Source of the DNA: a virus
Lineage: Duplodnaviria; Heunggongvirae; Uroviricota; Caudoviricetes
DNA length: 64,000 nt
Direction: 5' to 3' (one strand)
Virus record (IMG/VR): IMGVR_UViG_3300012007_000010
Location: 1 to 64,000 of that record
The notes under the pieces were generated by a model. The model did not search any database and was not told where the DNA came from. It was given only the letters and a program-made list of their open reading frames with translations. The first letter of the stretch is position 1. The number at the start of each line of letters is the position of its first letter. A program made the position numbers and the translations under genes. Shown here piece by piece: positions 43,502 to 55,600 of the stretch.

Positions 43502-45382
43502 TTAGCGACGGTGGTTGCGGGCGGCGATTTCCTCGTCCTGCTTGCGCAAGGCGGCGGCAATTTCCTTGGGAGTCATGCCCGGCTTCACAACACTCTTGAT
43601 GCCGTTATACTGGGGAGCCTCGCCTGTTCCGTTATCCTGCGGAATACCAGCACCGGCGTCCACCATCGGTGCGGGCTTCTCCGAGAATTCCTTCACCTCG
43701 CTCTGTAGTTCCTTCACCTGCTTCTGCAGCTTCTCGATGGTAGCCACATGCTCGGCAATCTTAGCATCCTTTGCGGTGATGGTAGCCACATGCTCTGCGA
43801 TGGTCTTGCCCTGCTCGTCCTTCTCGACGGTCAGCGTCTCAATGGTCTTGTCGCGCTCGGCGAGGGTGGCGTTGGCCTGGTCGCGCTCTTCGGCAATGCC
43901 GTTCAGCGTAGCCAGCGTTTCCTTCAGCTGCGCTATCTCCTTGTCCTTCTCGGCAATCTTCTGCTCCGCCGAGTGCAGTGTTTCCTGAATCTTGTCGATC
44001 TCAGCAGCGGCGTTCTCCTGAGCCTCCTGCGATGCAGGGTCGGTAGCGGGTTCTGCGGCAGGGGCTTCCTCCTGGGCGGCGGGCTGCTCCTCCTGTGCGT
44101 TCTCTTCACTGACAGCGGGTGCCTCGGTTGCTGCTGCTCCCTCGGCTGGCTGTTCCGTAGCAGGAGTCTGCTCCTGCGTGGCTGCGGGCTGCTCGGCAAC
44201 CTCTGCGGCCTTCTTCTCTTCGTCTGGCATATCTTCTTGGTTTTGGGGTTTGGCTATCTCTACAGTCTCAGGACCGAAAAAGCCCTGCTCTTCTTTCTTT
44301 ACATGACCGTCATCGACTATTCTCAGGTCGCCACGGCTCGTAGCGACAGCGGCTTTCTGCTGTGCGTTGAGCTTGGCCATCTCCTCTGGCTCCTCACCCT
44401 CCGGCTGCTCGCCGTCGGGCTCGTTCTTCGGCTCCGCCGTCACCAGTCGTGCGGCGGTCAGCGTCTCGTTGGCCAGTTCGTAGATGCACTCAATGGCGCG
44501 GTTCATGTCGCCTATCTCATCGACCAGTGCCGGCATCACCTCCTGCGCCTCAAACACCTTTCCCGTCAGCATGTCGGCAGTAACGAGTGGGCGATTCTCG
44601 CGCACAGTCTGGTGGAACTGTTCGGTATCTCTGTCGAGTTCTGCCTGCAGCTTCTCATACTCGCCTGCGGCGGCCTCACGGTACCAGTCGTTCTTCTCGG
44701 GGCAATCCTTGCCGACGAGCTCCACATAGCGGTAGCCGTCCTGACTGACGGTATCATGGGCGACAGCCCAGAAAGCGGCCATCGTGCCGATGCAGCCGAA
44801 CTCGTCGCGAGGGTTCATCACCACCACGCGGTCGCACCGACAGGCAAGGTTCACACCGCTGCTGCAGCACATGCCGTCAACGAAGGCGACGGTAGGCTTG
44901 CCGGCCTGGCGGCAGTCTTCAATCATCATCTCGTAGTCGTTACGGCACGATGCCTGACCGCCCGGCGTATTGATGAGGAACAGGTGGCCTATCACCTGCG
45001 GAATCTGGTTGGCATACATCACCTGATCACGGAAGTCCTTGGTGCCATACGAGCAGCCGTCGCCGTCGCGGGTCACGGGACCGTCAACCACCACTACGTT
45101 GATTATCTCGTCGTCCTCCTGCAGTTCCTCGTCGTTCCAGTACAGATGGCGCTCTATGCGGTGGATGTTGCCGACGTACAGCTTATCCTCGAAGTTGGCC
45201 CCTACGGTCTTGCCGTCCTTCTGGTAGCCCTTCTTCGAGAGGAAGTAGCCGTGCTGCTTTTCTATGTCGTTGGGCAGGTGCAGCTCGATGGCCTTCTTCA
45301 GCGCATCGGCATACGTCTGTGCCAGGTCTGGGCGGAAGTCCCAGACCTTGTTGTGCATGATGTTCAATAGCCCGATATTCAT
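43502..45382 (-). CDS. prohead protease (S49/ClpP-like) fused to scaffold domain (626 aa)
   Basis: INTPGGQASC and MCCSSG segments are typical of ClpP/SppA-fold head-maturation proteases (lambda gpC-like). The C-terminal 300 aa is an acidic low-complexity region plus coiled coil (KEIAQLKETLATLNGIAEERD...), typical of scaffolds. Confidence 0.7.
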   Translation of the reverse strand: MNIGLLNIMHNKVWDFRPDLAQTYADALKKAIELHLPNDIEKQHGYFLSKKGYQKDGKTVGANFEDKLYVGNIHRIERHLYWNDEELQEDDEIINVVVVDGPVTRDGDGCSYGTKDFRDQVMYANQIPQVIGHLFLINTPGGQASCRNDYEMMIEDCRQAGKPTVAFVDGMCCSSGVNLACRCDRVVVMNPRDEFGCIGTMAAFWAVAHDTVSQDGYRYVELVGKDCPEKNDWYREAAAGEYEKLQAELDRDTEQFHQTVRENRPLVTADMLTGKVFEAQEVMPALVDEIGDMNRAIECIYELANETLTAARLVTAEPKNEPDGEQPEGEEPEEMAKLNAQQKAAVATSRGDLRIVDDGHVKKEEQGFFGPETVEIAKPQNQEDMPDEEKKAAEVAEQPAATQEQTPATEQPAEGAAATEAPAVSEENAQEEQPAAQEEAPAAEPATDPASQEAQENAAAEIDKIQETLHSAEQKIAEKDKEIAQLKETLATLNGIAEERDQANATLAERDKTIETLTVEKDEQGKTIAEHVATITAKDAKIAEHVATIEKLQKQVKELQSEVKEFSEKPAPMVDAGAGIPQDNGTGEAPQYNGIKSVVKPGMTPKEIAAALRKQDEEIAARNHRR

Positions 45383-45415
45383 AATCTTTTGTGTCGTTAA
45401 ATGTTTCTGTGTTGC

Positions 45416-45451
45416 ATTATAATGGCAGGCGCTTTGATAATCAAGGGCAAG
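45416..45451 (-). promoter_or_regulatory. late-promoter motif copy (CTTGCCCTTGATT-N-TATAAT) upstream of the protease gene
   Basis: Minus-strand cttgcccttgat tatcaaagcgcctgccat tataat. Confidence 0.5.
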
Positions 45452-45455
45452 TTTT

Positions 45456-46631
45456 CTATTCTACCTCCGGTGTCCGGTGTGTAGCTGGGAAAGCAGTGAA
45501 CAGCCGCTTGCGGCTCTGCTCGCACGCCGCCCTTCTGCGCCGCGCCTCTGCCGCACGGGCGCACTGCCGCTCGCGTGCCGCCTGTGCCTCCCTCTCTCGC
45601 GCGATATTATATATAGGTGTGCCCACCGCCGCCTCGCCCAGCGCATCCAAGTTCTCGGCGATATAGTCGCACGCCATCGCCATCGCCTGCTGCGCGTCGG
45701 TCATCGAGTCGCGCCGTGCCAGCCGTTCCTTTGTCGGTTCCAGTGACACACGCCGGCTCTCGACATAGAAGGCCAGTGCTATGCGCAGTTTCTTCAGCAG
45801 CGTCTTCATCACAGTACTATCACCGCCGTTGTTGGCGAAGTCCACAACAGCGTCCAATAGTCGTGCGCCGATGCGGGGCTCCAGATAGGTGTCCTGACAA
45901 AAGCGAATATCCCTCACCAGCGAGACATACGCCATGCGCTGGCTCTTGATGTCAAGGAACTTGTCGAGCACCGTCGCGGTCTGGAAGAGCAGGTCCTTGT
46001 TCAGGTAGAAAGCGTCGGCCTCCTGCCACATCTCGGTAAACAGTTTCTCTCCCTTCGCGTCGGCTTCGAGAAACAGCAGCAGCGAGTCGATGGCACGTCC
46101 GGCTCCGCCCAGTGCGTCCTTCACGGCGCGGTCTTTCGCCTTCTCGTCGGCAGCGTCGTAGCTCTCGCCTACGGATATGTTCATGCCGCCGCCCTCGTTG
46201 AACGAGATAGTCAGCAGTCCGGCCTTGTTGGCCAGCATCCTGTACCACTCGATGCGCTGGCAGATGCGTATCAACTGTATGGTCTTCATGTCCTTGGCGG
46301 GCACCTCCTTCTCGCCCTCCTCCGGCGTGGTATAAGTCTCGCGGTACTTGCCCTGCGCCACCTGCTCCAGGCGCTCCGTCACGTCGGCATGCGCCAGACG
46401 CGGATCCTGCTTCGCCTTGCCCGTAGGCCGCACGGTGGTAGCGGTAATATCCACATACTCCTGCCGCAGCCGGTCATACTCCGTCAGCACATGCTGGTAG
46501 AGCCTGCCGCCCAGCAGCGGCTCCAGTGCCACCGCTTCCTCTTCCTCCAGGTAGCCGAACAGCTTCTCCGGCTTATCCCACCGCGCCGTAGGCATCAGGG
46601 CTTGTATCTCGTTCTGAGTTGTTATTAACAT
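45456..46631 (-). CDS. hypothetical virion-morphogenesis protein (391 aa)
   Basis: Long ORF with its own late motif. Function unknown; too small for a typical portal. Confidence 0.5.
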   Translation of the reverse strand: MLITTQNEIQALMPTARWDKPEKLFGYLEEEEAVALEPLLGGRLYQHVLTEYDRLRQEYVDITATTVRPTGKAKQDPRLAHADVTERLEQVAQGKYRETYTTPEEGEKEVPAKDMKTIQLIRICQRIEWYRMLANKAGLLTISFNEGGGMNISVGESYDAADEKAKDRAVKDALGGAGRAIDSLLLFLEADAKGEKLFTEMWQEADAFYLNKDLLFQTATVLDKFLDIKSQRMAYVSLVRDIRFCQDTYLEPRIGARLLDAVVDFANNGGDSTVMKTLLKKLRIALAFYVESRRVSLEPTKERLARRDSMTDAQQAMAMACDYIAENLDALGEAAVGTPIYNIAREREAQAARERQCARAAEARRRRAACEQSRKRLFTAFPATHRTPEVE

Positions 46632-46641
46632 GGTCGTCGTT

Positions 46642-46677
46642 ATTTTTCCGCAATATCGTGCAGAATGGTTGGGAAAT
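46642..46677 (-). promoter_or_regulatory. late-promoter motif copy (CCTGCCCTTGATTTC-N-GATATT)
   Basis: Minus-strand cctgcccttgat ttcccaaccattctgcac gatatt, upstream of 45456..46631. Confidence 0.5.
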
Positions 46678-46691
46678 CAAGGGCAGGAGGA

Positions 46692-49600
46692 TTACAGGTA
46701 TTTCTCGCCGTGCCTTTGCGCTTCCTTCTGCATCTTGTTATACATGTTGGGTATGCCCTCGGGGCCCGTCCAGATGTTCCGTGCGTAGATGGGCTGGTTC
46801 AGCCGCTCCAGCAAGGCTTCCTGTATGGCACTGTTGCGGTCGAGCGCAGTGAGCATCTGCTCCATCCCCATGCCGCCAGTTCCCTCAGCCGTCAGCCCTC
46901 CGCCATCAGCCATATCCTCGAACTCCCCGATGTTGCCGTCGGCAAAGGCTCTCACGCCAGTGCCGCGACGGCGGCGGGTGCTCAGCCCGGAAATAGAGCC
47001 GCCGTTATACAGCGTTTGTATATCGCGCCAGATGCCGGTGTCGTCCATGCGCATCAGGCGGGTGGTGCGAGCGTCGATGATGGCCTCCGGCCCCGCCTCG
47101 CCCACGAGGTGAAACTCCGGCCCGTTCGTAATGTGGGTCTTTGCTCCCTTGCCCATGTAGCGGGCGCGGTAGGTCTTACCGTCCGCCCCGTCCACATTGT
47201 ACTGTCTGCCAGGTGTCAGCGAAGCCGGATCGGTCAGCTCGTTCACGTTACCCGTTTTGTAAGTCAGCATGCCCGTCGCCAGACGGCCAGCTGATACCGA
47301 TGCACCCGTGGCCTGAGAAATTTCAGATTTATGCTTACCAATCTTACTGGCTGCTATTCCCATTAGTCCGCCGAGCACTCCTGTGAGTGCAGCAAATATT
47401 GCAGCACCGGCAATCGGGTGAATCTTCAAGCACTCTGCAAGAATAGCCGGTAGTGAGCCTGCCACTTTTGACTGATCTTTCGACCAGTTGGTAGTTAGCA
47501 TGGCTATAGCCGTCTGTCCAGCGGTCTGCAGGGCAATCATCTGGAATTTCTGCTCCGTCGATAGGTTGTCGTTGCTCATGGCCTGATAGGCGATGCCATA
47601 CAGATTAGCAGCCTGCGTCATCTTAGCAAACATATTGCCAGTACTCTGCGTCATCTGTTTGCTTGTCTGGTTCTCGCCTTGCTTGATCTTCTGTTGATTC
47701 TCAAGAATGGCCTCTGTTGCATGGTTGCTGGCAGATATATTAGCATTGGCCACGCTGTTATACATATTGGCAGCGTTCTGAGTAGCCGTTTCCACATGTT
47801 CCTCCGTCAACTGCGTCGGGTCGGGAATCTTGTTCGGCATCTCAGCCATTGCGTCGCTCATCTGCTGCATGGCGGCAATGCCCTGATCGGCATAGCTCTG
47901 CCACAGCGTGCCCATGCGCTCCATCACCGCCTCCAGTTCGTCCTCGCGTATCTGCCACGGCGGTAGCACCACGCCCGGTATCTCAGCCAGTGAGGCAGCC
48001 ATCTGTGTCATGGCTTCCACGCCTCCCTCGTTGTAAGCCTGCCACAACTCGCCGATGGCGGTCATAGCCTGAGCCTTCTCCTCCTCGGTCATCTGGAAGA
48101 AAGGCTTCTGCAGGAACACGCCGTCGGCAGTCTCGCCGCCTGCGGGAGCCAGTGCCGGTGCTGCGGGAACGTCTGCTGGCGTAGAAGCGGCTGGAGCCTG
48201 ACCGCCCAGTGCCTGAGTCAGTGCATTCACGGCCTGCGTGTTGGCATCCGTGGCAGCGGTGTTGGCGGGGTCGGTCGCCGTCCACATCGGCTTCTGCTCT
48301 GTGTCTCCTATAGGCCAGTATGACGTCGGCTGCTCCGTCTGGGCAGGTTCCGTCGGCTGGATGGGGGCGATTATCTGCCCGCTGCCGTCGAGGGCAAAGC
48401 CGTTCTCGTCGCGCTTCAACTGGCTTGCGTCGGTGAAGCCGGTTGATGCGCCCTGTCCCACCTGTGCCCACAGCGCCTGTGTGTTGGCTATCACAGCCTG
48501 CGTGTTCGCATCAATACTCTGGTTCTGCAACATGGCGTTGATCTGGTCGGTGATGGTTTCGCTCATCTTCTTGTTCAAGTCATCCATCAGTTTGCGCCAC
48601 GCTTCCGCCTGTGCGTTCTGCACTTCGATTTCGTGCTGCCGCTCCAGTGCCTGCCGCTCGTCGAGGTATTCATAATGAGCCTTGGCATCGCTGGTTCCCG
48701 CATCGTCGATGACGACGTAGGTACCTGCTCCTGGCCCGCCTTTGCCGGTCAGGTTCAACTTCGCCAGCTCATTGTAGTATTCGGCATCCCCCGCATGGCT
48801 GGCCTCGAAGACGCCCTGCAGCGAGCTCGTCAGCAGGTCGGCCCACTCGCGCAGCGACGTATAGAGGCGGTTCTGGCTCTCCTCCTGAATCTTCAGCAGC
48901 TCGGCTTTCTGCTGCTCCTGCTTCTTCGTTTCCTCGGCCAGCGTCAGCCCCAGCGAGAGGCGCACGTTCTCAGCGTCGCGCTCGGCGTTCGTCGCCATCA
49001 GCAACTCGCGCTTGCTCTCTGCCAGATGGTTCTCTTTCTCCATCTGTTTCGCCAGCCTACGATGCTCTTCCGCTTCCGCCTTCAGCGCCGCCATGCGCTG
49101 GTTGGCCTGCACGCGGTACATGTCGTACTGTGCCTTCTGCATCCGCATCTGCACCTCTATCTGCTTCATGGCCAGTCGCGAGGCCACGTTGTCGCTCGCC
49201 GCCCCGGCACCTATCAGACTGTTGGCGCGGCTCACCGAGTCCTGCTGCATGCCAAGCTGTGCCAGTGCCTTATCGAAGGTGGCCTTCATCGACATGCCGC
49301 CGATGCCACGGGCGTCGTCGTTCCAGATGATTTCCACGTCCTTCTTGATCTGGCTCGCCTCCTTCTTCACCGCGTCCTGCACCTCCTGATATGTCTTGCG
49401 CAGCTGTCCCATCACGGCCTGCTTCAGCATGTCGCTCTTGCTGATTTCCTCGGCGGTGGCGGTCATGCCCTCCTTCACCATGCGGCGCAGCAGTTCGTCG
49501 ATGTCTATCGAGTAGGCGTCGGCGGCCTGCCGCAGATAGAAGGCCATCTCGTCGTAGCTCTGGGCGGTTATCTGCTCGTTGGAGTATTTCGGCTCCTTGC

Positions 49601-52600
49601 CCTGCCGTGCCAGTTCCTCGTTCTCGCGTCGGTACTTGGCGGCCAGCACACCCATCTTGTCGAGGTTGTCCTGCAGGTTCTTCGTGATGCCGTCGTATGG
49701 TCGCTCCTTGGCCAGCGTGTCCTCGATGAACTTCATCTGCTTTCCGATGGCCTGGGCAGCCTTCAGGAAGCTACGCTCCGCACTGAGGTCCATGTCCGAC
49801 TCCCACTTGTGGATCATAGCCGCCCCCTTCTCGCCCGTCTTGGCGATGTCCTTGGCAAACTTGTTGGTCCTGGCCACCGTGCCTCTGACGAACTCCACCG
49901 TGTCGCCTGTGCGCTCGCTGATGATACGGTAGATGGCATCCATCTCTTCCTTCGTCACCTCGCCGCTCTTGTCGGCATATATCTTCTGCAGTTCGGCGCG
50001 TCGCGTCTGCCACTCGTTTTCGTTCTGAATGGTGCGCCGCCACGCCTCGCCCTCGGTTATCTCCTCGTCGTTGCGGGCCTGCTCTATGCGCGTTTTGCGC
50101 TCCGTGTAGTAGGCATCCAGCTCGTGCAGGTAGGCATCTATCTCGTCGTGCCACTGTTTCTTGGCCGCCCGCTGTTGTTTTGGATCCTTCCAGTCGCCGG
50201 TGTTCGTCAGGTGGCGGGCGTGAAGCTCGTCCTGAATCTTCAGGCGCTCAGTGTTGTACCACTCGATGACCGTGCGCATGTCGCTCGACATACCCGCCTC
50301 GATGGCTTTCTTCAGAGCCTTGTCCTCTGCCAATACAGCCTTCACGTCGGTATCAGTCTGGATGGCGTTGACGAAGTCCTTCATCTGCTTGCGACGGTTC
50401 ACCAGCTGTTCAGCCGTCATGTTCTTCCAGTCGGTACTCTCGGCTGGAAGACGGTTGCCCCAGATGTTGTTCGTCTCAGTATCGAGCGTGCTGAAAGCAT
50501 CGAAGCCCTGCTGTATCTTGTCGCGTGCCCTCTGCAGGCGGCTGCTGTCGATGAACTTCTTGTTCTTCTCCAGCACGTCGGTCACAAACTGCTTGGTCTG
50601 CTGCTGCTCTGCCGTTTCCAGTTCGTCCACGTTCTCGTTCACTCCCTCCAGCGCACGGGCCAGTTCGGCATAGGCATCGTTGCGCTCCTTGGCCGACAGG
50701 TCGCTCTGCCGTAGCAGTGAAATCTGTGCGTTGATATTATCTTTCAACTGGCCGACGATAGTAGTGGTCGATTCTTTCAGGTCTTCCTCCGTAGCTCCGA
50801 GGTCTTCCTGATAGAGCCTGCCCGTCTTGGCATTCTCACGCTGCATGTCGAAGTACTCCTCCAGGTAGTCGCCACGAAGGTTGTTGCCCCAAAGTTCTTT
50901 CGAGGTAGTCCAGATGTATCGCCCCTTGCTCATGCCGTAGTCGCTCTTGTAGTAGTCGATACCGGTAATGTCCTTGATGGCATTGCGGTTCAGCCCGTAG
51001 TTCTGTTGCAGGTAGCGAGCCATCCATACGGCAGTCAGCTGTTCGAGCGAGGCATTGTCGTTATAGAGCGAGCCGAGATCTTTCTTCAGCTGGTCGCTGG
51101 CCACGAGGTCACCATTGGCATTGGTGGTGTAACTCTTCGACAACATCTTCCTGAAGGCCAGTCGTGCGCTGGCGGCCTGATCGCCCGTCATGCGGTCGTC
51201 CTCGGTCATCTGGCTCACGATTTTTGCCCAGTCGTCGCTCAGGTCGTCCTGGTGTTTCTTTTCGTTCTCTTCGATAGATGCCTGCTTCTGCTTCATCAGT
51301 ATCTCGCGGCGGATGGCAGCGGCAATCTTGTTGTGGGCAGCGGCCACCATCTCAGCGCGGTCGTACTCCGTGAGCATGAAGCCCAGGTACTTGCTGTAGT
51401 TCTGATTGATGTTGGCTATGGCGGTACGGTGGTTGTCGGTGGCTTTCGTCATGCGGATTTCCGCCTCGGTGGCTTTGTCCGTTCCGGCGGTCATCCCTTC
51501 GGTGGCTTTCCTGGCAGCATCCAGTTCCGCCGTGGTGTCCTTCAGATGGTCGAAGTACACACCCAGCTTCTCCGTAGCCCTGTCGGCCTCCTGATTGGCT
51601 TCGGCCAGTGCCTTCTTCTCTGCGTCCACACTGGTTACAATGTCGTATATCGCCTTGCCCAACGTATAGAGCAGGGCGATGACGGCCACGATGATGTTGG
51701 CCTTCATCGTCGTGTCGAGACCTTTCCATGCCGTTTTCAGTCCGTTGATGCTGAAGATACTCACCTTCGATGCGGCACCCATGCCGGAGATGGCTCCCGT
51801 GGCCGACTCCACGGCCTCGCCAGCCTGTTCGCCCGCCTCCTTGGCGTCGCTCAGTGCGTCGCCCATATCGCCCACCACGTCGGCAGCTTCTCCCACGCCC
51901 TCTGCCGCATCCGATATAGCATCGGTGGCGTTGGCTGCTTTTTCCAAATCTGCGGCAGCTTTCTGGGCGCTCTCTTTCAGGTAGTCGAACACGCTGCCCG
52001 CTGCCGCCGGTATGCTGGTCAGTCCGCTCTTGATGGCAACTACGGAAATGACGGTAGAGTTGAATGCCGTGTTGAGCGGTCCGCTTATCAGGTCAACGAT
52101 GACGCGCAGGGCGTCAATCACGCCGCCCAGCGCATTATTTGCCGACGTGCCTACCCACATCTCCTCGAACTGGTTCTTCAGTCGCTCCCACTTGGCGGCG
52201 GTCGTCTCGCTCATACGGTCGTACTCCTGCTGTATGGCAACATTCTCCTCATAGGCTTCGGCGGCTATACCCAGATGCTGGCGCAGCACATCGACGTTCT
52301 GCGACAGTCCGGCGAACACGATACCGGCGCGTGCTCCCTGCTGGTTCAAGTCCTTCATGATGTCCTGCATACCGCCCATGCCCAGCATCTTCTCAATGTC
52401 GTCGGGGTTCATGCCCGCATCCTTGATGTGCTGGAAGATGGCAAGCATGGCGTTCATGCCGCCGCCTGCCTCGTCGAACATCTTGCGCAGGGCCTCGGGA
52501 GCCATGCCGATAGCCTTGGCCACCTCGAAGGCGTTATTCCTGATGGCGGGAATCATTCGCGACAGGGCCGTGGCCGACATCTCGACTCTCATACCAAGGG

Positions 52601-55600
52601 CATCAACCGTAGAACCGAGGGCTGCCACCTGGTCGATGGTGATGCCGCTCTGAGCACCCACGGCTCCCACACGTTTTACGAAGTCCGTAATCTGTGGAGC
52701 GGCGGCGGCTGAGTTGGCACGCAGTTGGTCGATGGTCGAAGCGATTTTCTCCATAGCCACAGCCGTTGCGCTGCTGCCCTCTATCAGTCCCTTGTCCATA
52801 TCCTTCTTAATCCTGTTCACCTCGCCCGTAGCCAGAGCCACCTTCATCATCTGCGTGGCACCGTCGGCTCCCATTTCAGGCAGGGCGACAAGCATCTTAT
52901 TGGCAGCCTCGGTGAAGCCCAGTATGTCCTCCTCAGTCTTCAAACCCAGCTGTCCGGCCTTGGCACTCAACTCGGTCAGAGCTACCAATGTAGTCCTCGT
53001 ATCAAGGTCTCGCAGTCTGTCCGTCAGCCTGCCTACCTGTTCGGCGGTCATCTGCGTGGTCTTGCCCACCTCGCCCATGCGGTCGGAGAGTTGCATCAAG
53101 TCGCCCAGCGTGCCAGATACTTTCTGCCACAGTTCATTGAAGCCCATATACATCACGACATAGGTCTTCAGGCGGCTGAAGGCTTTCTCCCATGCGGTGG
53201 CGCTGGCCTTGGCCTGACCCTCCATCTCCTTCATCACGTTCTTGGCGTTGCGCACCTGCTCGGCGAAACGCTTATATTCGTCGCTGTTCTGACCGAGCGA
53301 GTCCTGCATCTGGCGCAGTTGTCCGTCGGCGCGTTTGATGGCGGCCCGCAGCTCGTCGAGGTTCACGGCGTTGGCGGGTGTCTCTATCAGCGTCCGCATC
53401 TTCTCCTGCGACATGTTGACGTTGTCTTGCTCGAACTTCAGCGAGCGCAGCTTCTTCGTCAGGTCGTCGAGTTCCTTCTCCTGAGCGTCCACGGCGTTGT
53501 CCAGGTCGCGCTCGGCCCTTATCTGGCGTATCAGTTCCTCGCGGCGGCGCTCCAATGCCTGCGTGGCCTGCTGTATCTCTTGCGCACTGGCGGCAAATCC
53601 TTTCTTGCCAGCGCCATCGGCAATCTTCTGCGCGTCGGCCAGCTTCATCCACTCGCCCGTGGCCTCCTTCAGCTCCTTGTTCATCTCGCCGATGGTCTTG
53701 CGCAGCTCCTCCCACCGTTTCTGCCCGTCGGCGGTAGAGCGGTCCTGAGCCATCGCCTCGGCCTCCAGCACCTTGATACCCTCCTGCATCTCCTCGCGGG
53801 TCATGCGGCGGGCCTTCTGCACCTGCTCCTCTACCTCCACCAGTCCGAGGGCTTCGGCCTTCTGCTGCTTGTAGTAGTCGAGCCGTTCTTTGGCACTGTC
53901 AAGATACCATTTGTTCATGGTCACCAGTTCCCTTGCACCCACACGGTGGTCTTCATCCCCCTCAATCTCGTCATTGAGTTTGCGCATCTTCTTTCTGTCG
54001 CTATCGCCAAACATGGCGCGGCCAAGAGAAGAACGGTTCCTTACTTTCTCTGACAACTTATCGCGCTGGGCTTCAAGCGAGGCAAGCCTTTCCTCGGCTT
54101 TCTTTACTTCCTTCTCCCAGCGGTCTATGTCTTCGGTTGCCTCTTTGATGTTGTCATCAAACACCGACACATGCTGGCTCAGCTGCTCGTCAATCGACTG
54201 CCCCGACGTGGTGACCACCGTGCCTTTCATGTGCTCGCTGAACCGTGCTATCACCGCGTCTGCATTCTCAAAGGCAGCCTTCGCCTTGTCGGTCTTGCCC
54301 TTCAGTGCGTCGAGCTGGGCGGTGAGTTTCTCTATCTCTGCGGTCACGTCGTCAAACGTGCCTTTGCCGCTGGTAGATGGATTCTCAATGAGAGCTCTAT
54401 ACGCTTTCAGGCGCTTGATGGCTTCGTCGAGCTGGTCCATGCTGGCACCGTCAAACCCGCCAGTCTGCGACTTTGCCAGCGTCGCCTGTTGTTCCTGCAG
54501 CTCGTCGGCATCCTTCTTCGCCTTGCGGGCGATCTCTATACTATATTTGTTAAGGTGTTCCTCGGCGGCGACAATCTTCTTTGTTAGCTCCGTAGCTTCG
54601 GTGCTACCCGACTTATACGATGCAGCCAACTGCTTGGCGGCCTCGATAGCCTCGCGAATTTCGGCGGTGCTGTAGTCTCTCAGGTTGCCGTTCAAGCGGG
54701 CGGCACGCTCTTCGCGGGTGACGGATGCCTGCTGCTCCTGCAGAGCGATGGTGCGCTCCAGTTCGTAGCGGTAGCCTGCCAGACTCTCCTTGGCGGTCTT
54801 GGGATCGTCAATGAGCCGCTGCCAGTACTGCTGCTGTGTCTTCAGCGCCGACTCCGAGAGAGACGTGCCTTGGTCGAGCTGCTGGCGCATCAGCTGGTCC
54901 TGTTCCTTGCGGCGCTGTGCGGCTTCCTCCAAAGCCTGCGCCTCGCGGCGTGCGCTTCGCTCTGCCTCTATGCCGTACTGCTTCAGGTGCTCCTCTGCAT
55001 CGAGGATGGCCTGCGACAGGCGCCTGGCAGCAGGACCGCCGGAGTCGTAGGTATCGATTAGCCGACGGCCTGCCTCGATAGCGGCACGTATATCCTCGCC
55101 GTTCTTCTTGCTCAGGTCGCCGAACAGTGTGCGCACCTGCTGCTTGTCGGCAGTGCGGCGGCGCTCGCTCTCTATATCGTTGATGCGTTTCAAGGCTGCC
55201 TCGGCATCGCGTGCTTCGTCGCTTCCGCGCTTGGCACCGTCGGCCATAGCCTGCCAGTAGCGCTTCACCTCGGTCAGTCCAGCGGTGGAGAGGTTGTTCA
55301 GGTCGCGCATCTGCTCGTTAATGTACTGTGCCTGGATGTTTGCCTTGCGGCGGTTCTCCTCGTTGGTGAGTGCCTTGACGGCCAACTCGGCTTTCTTGTA
55401 GGCTGCAGATGTCTGGCTGACACCGTCGCGCACGGTCTCCCAGTAGCGCTTTGTCTCGGCAAGGTCGGCGGTAGATAGCTTTTCCAGGTTGTTCAGGCGC
55501 TTGCGCATCGGGGCCTGTATCTCCTGGCGGCGTTTCTCCTCCTCCTTGGCAACCTTCTCCAGGTTGCGCTCATATTCCTTCAGTTCCGTGCTGCCGTGCT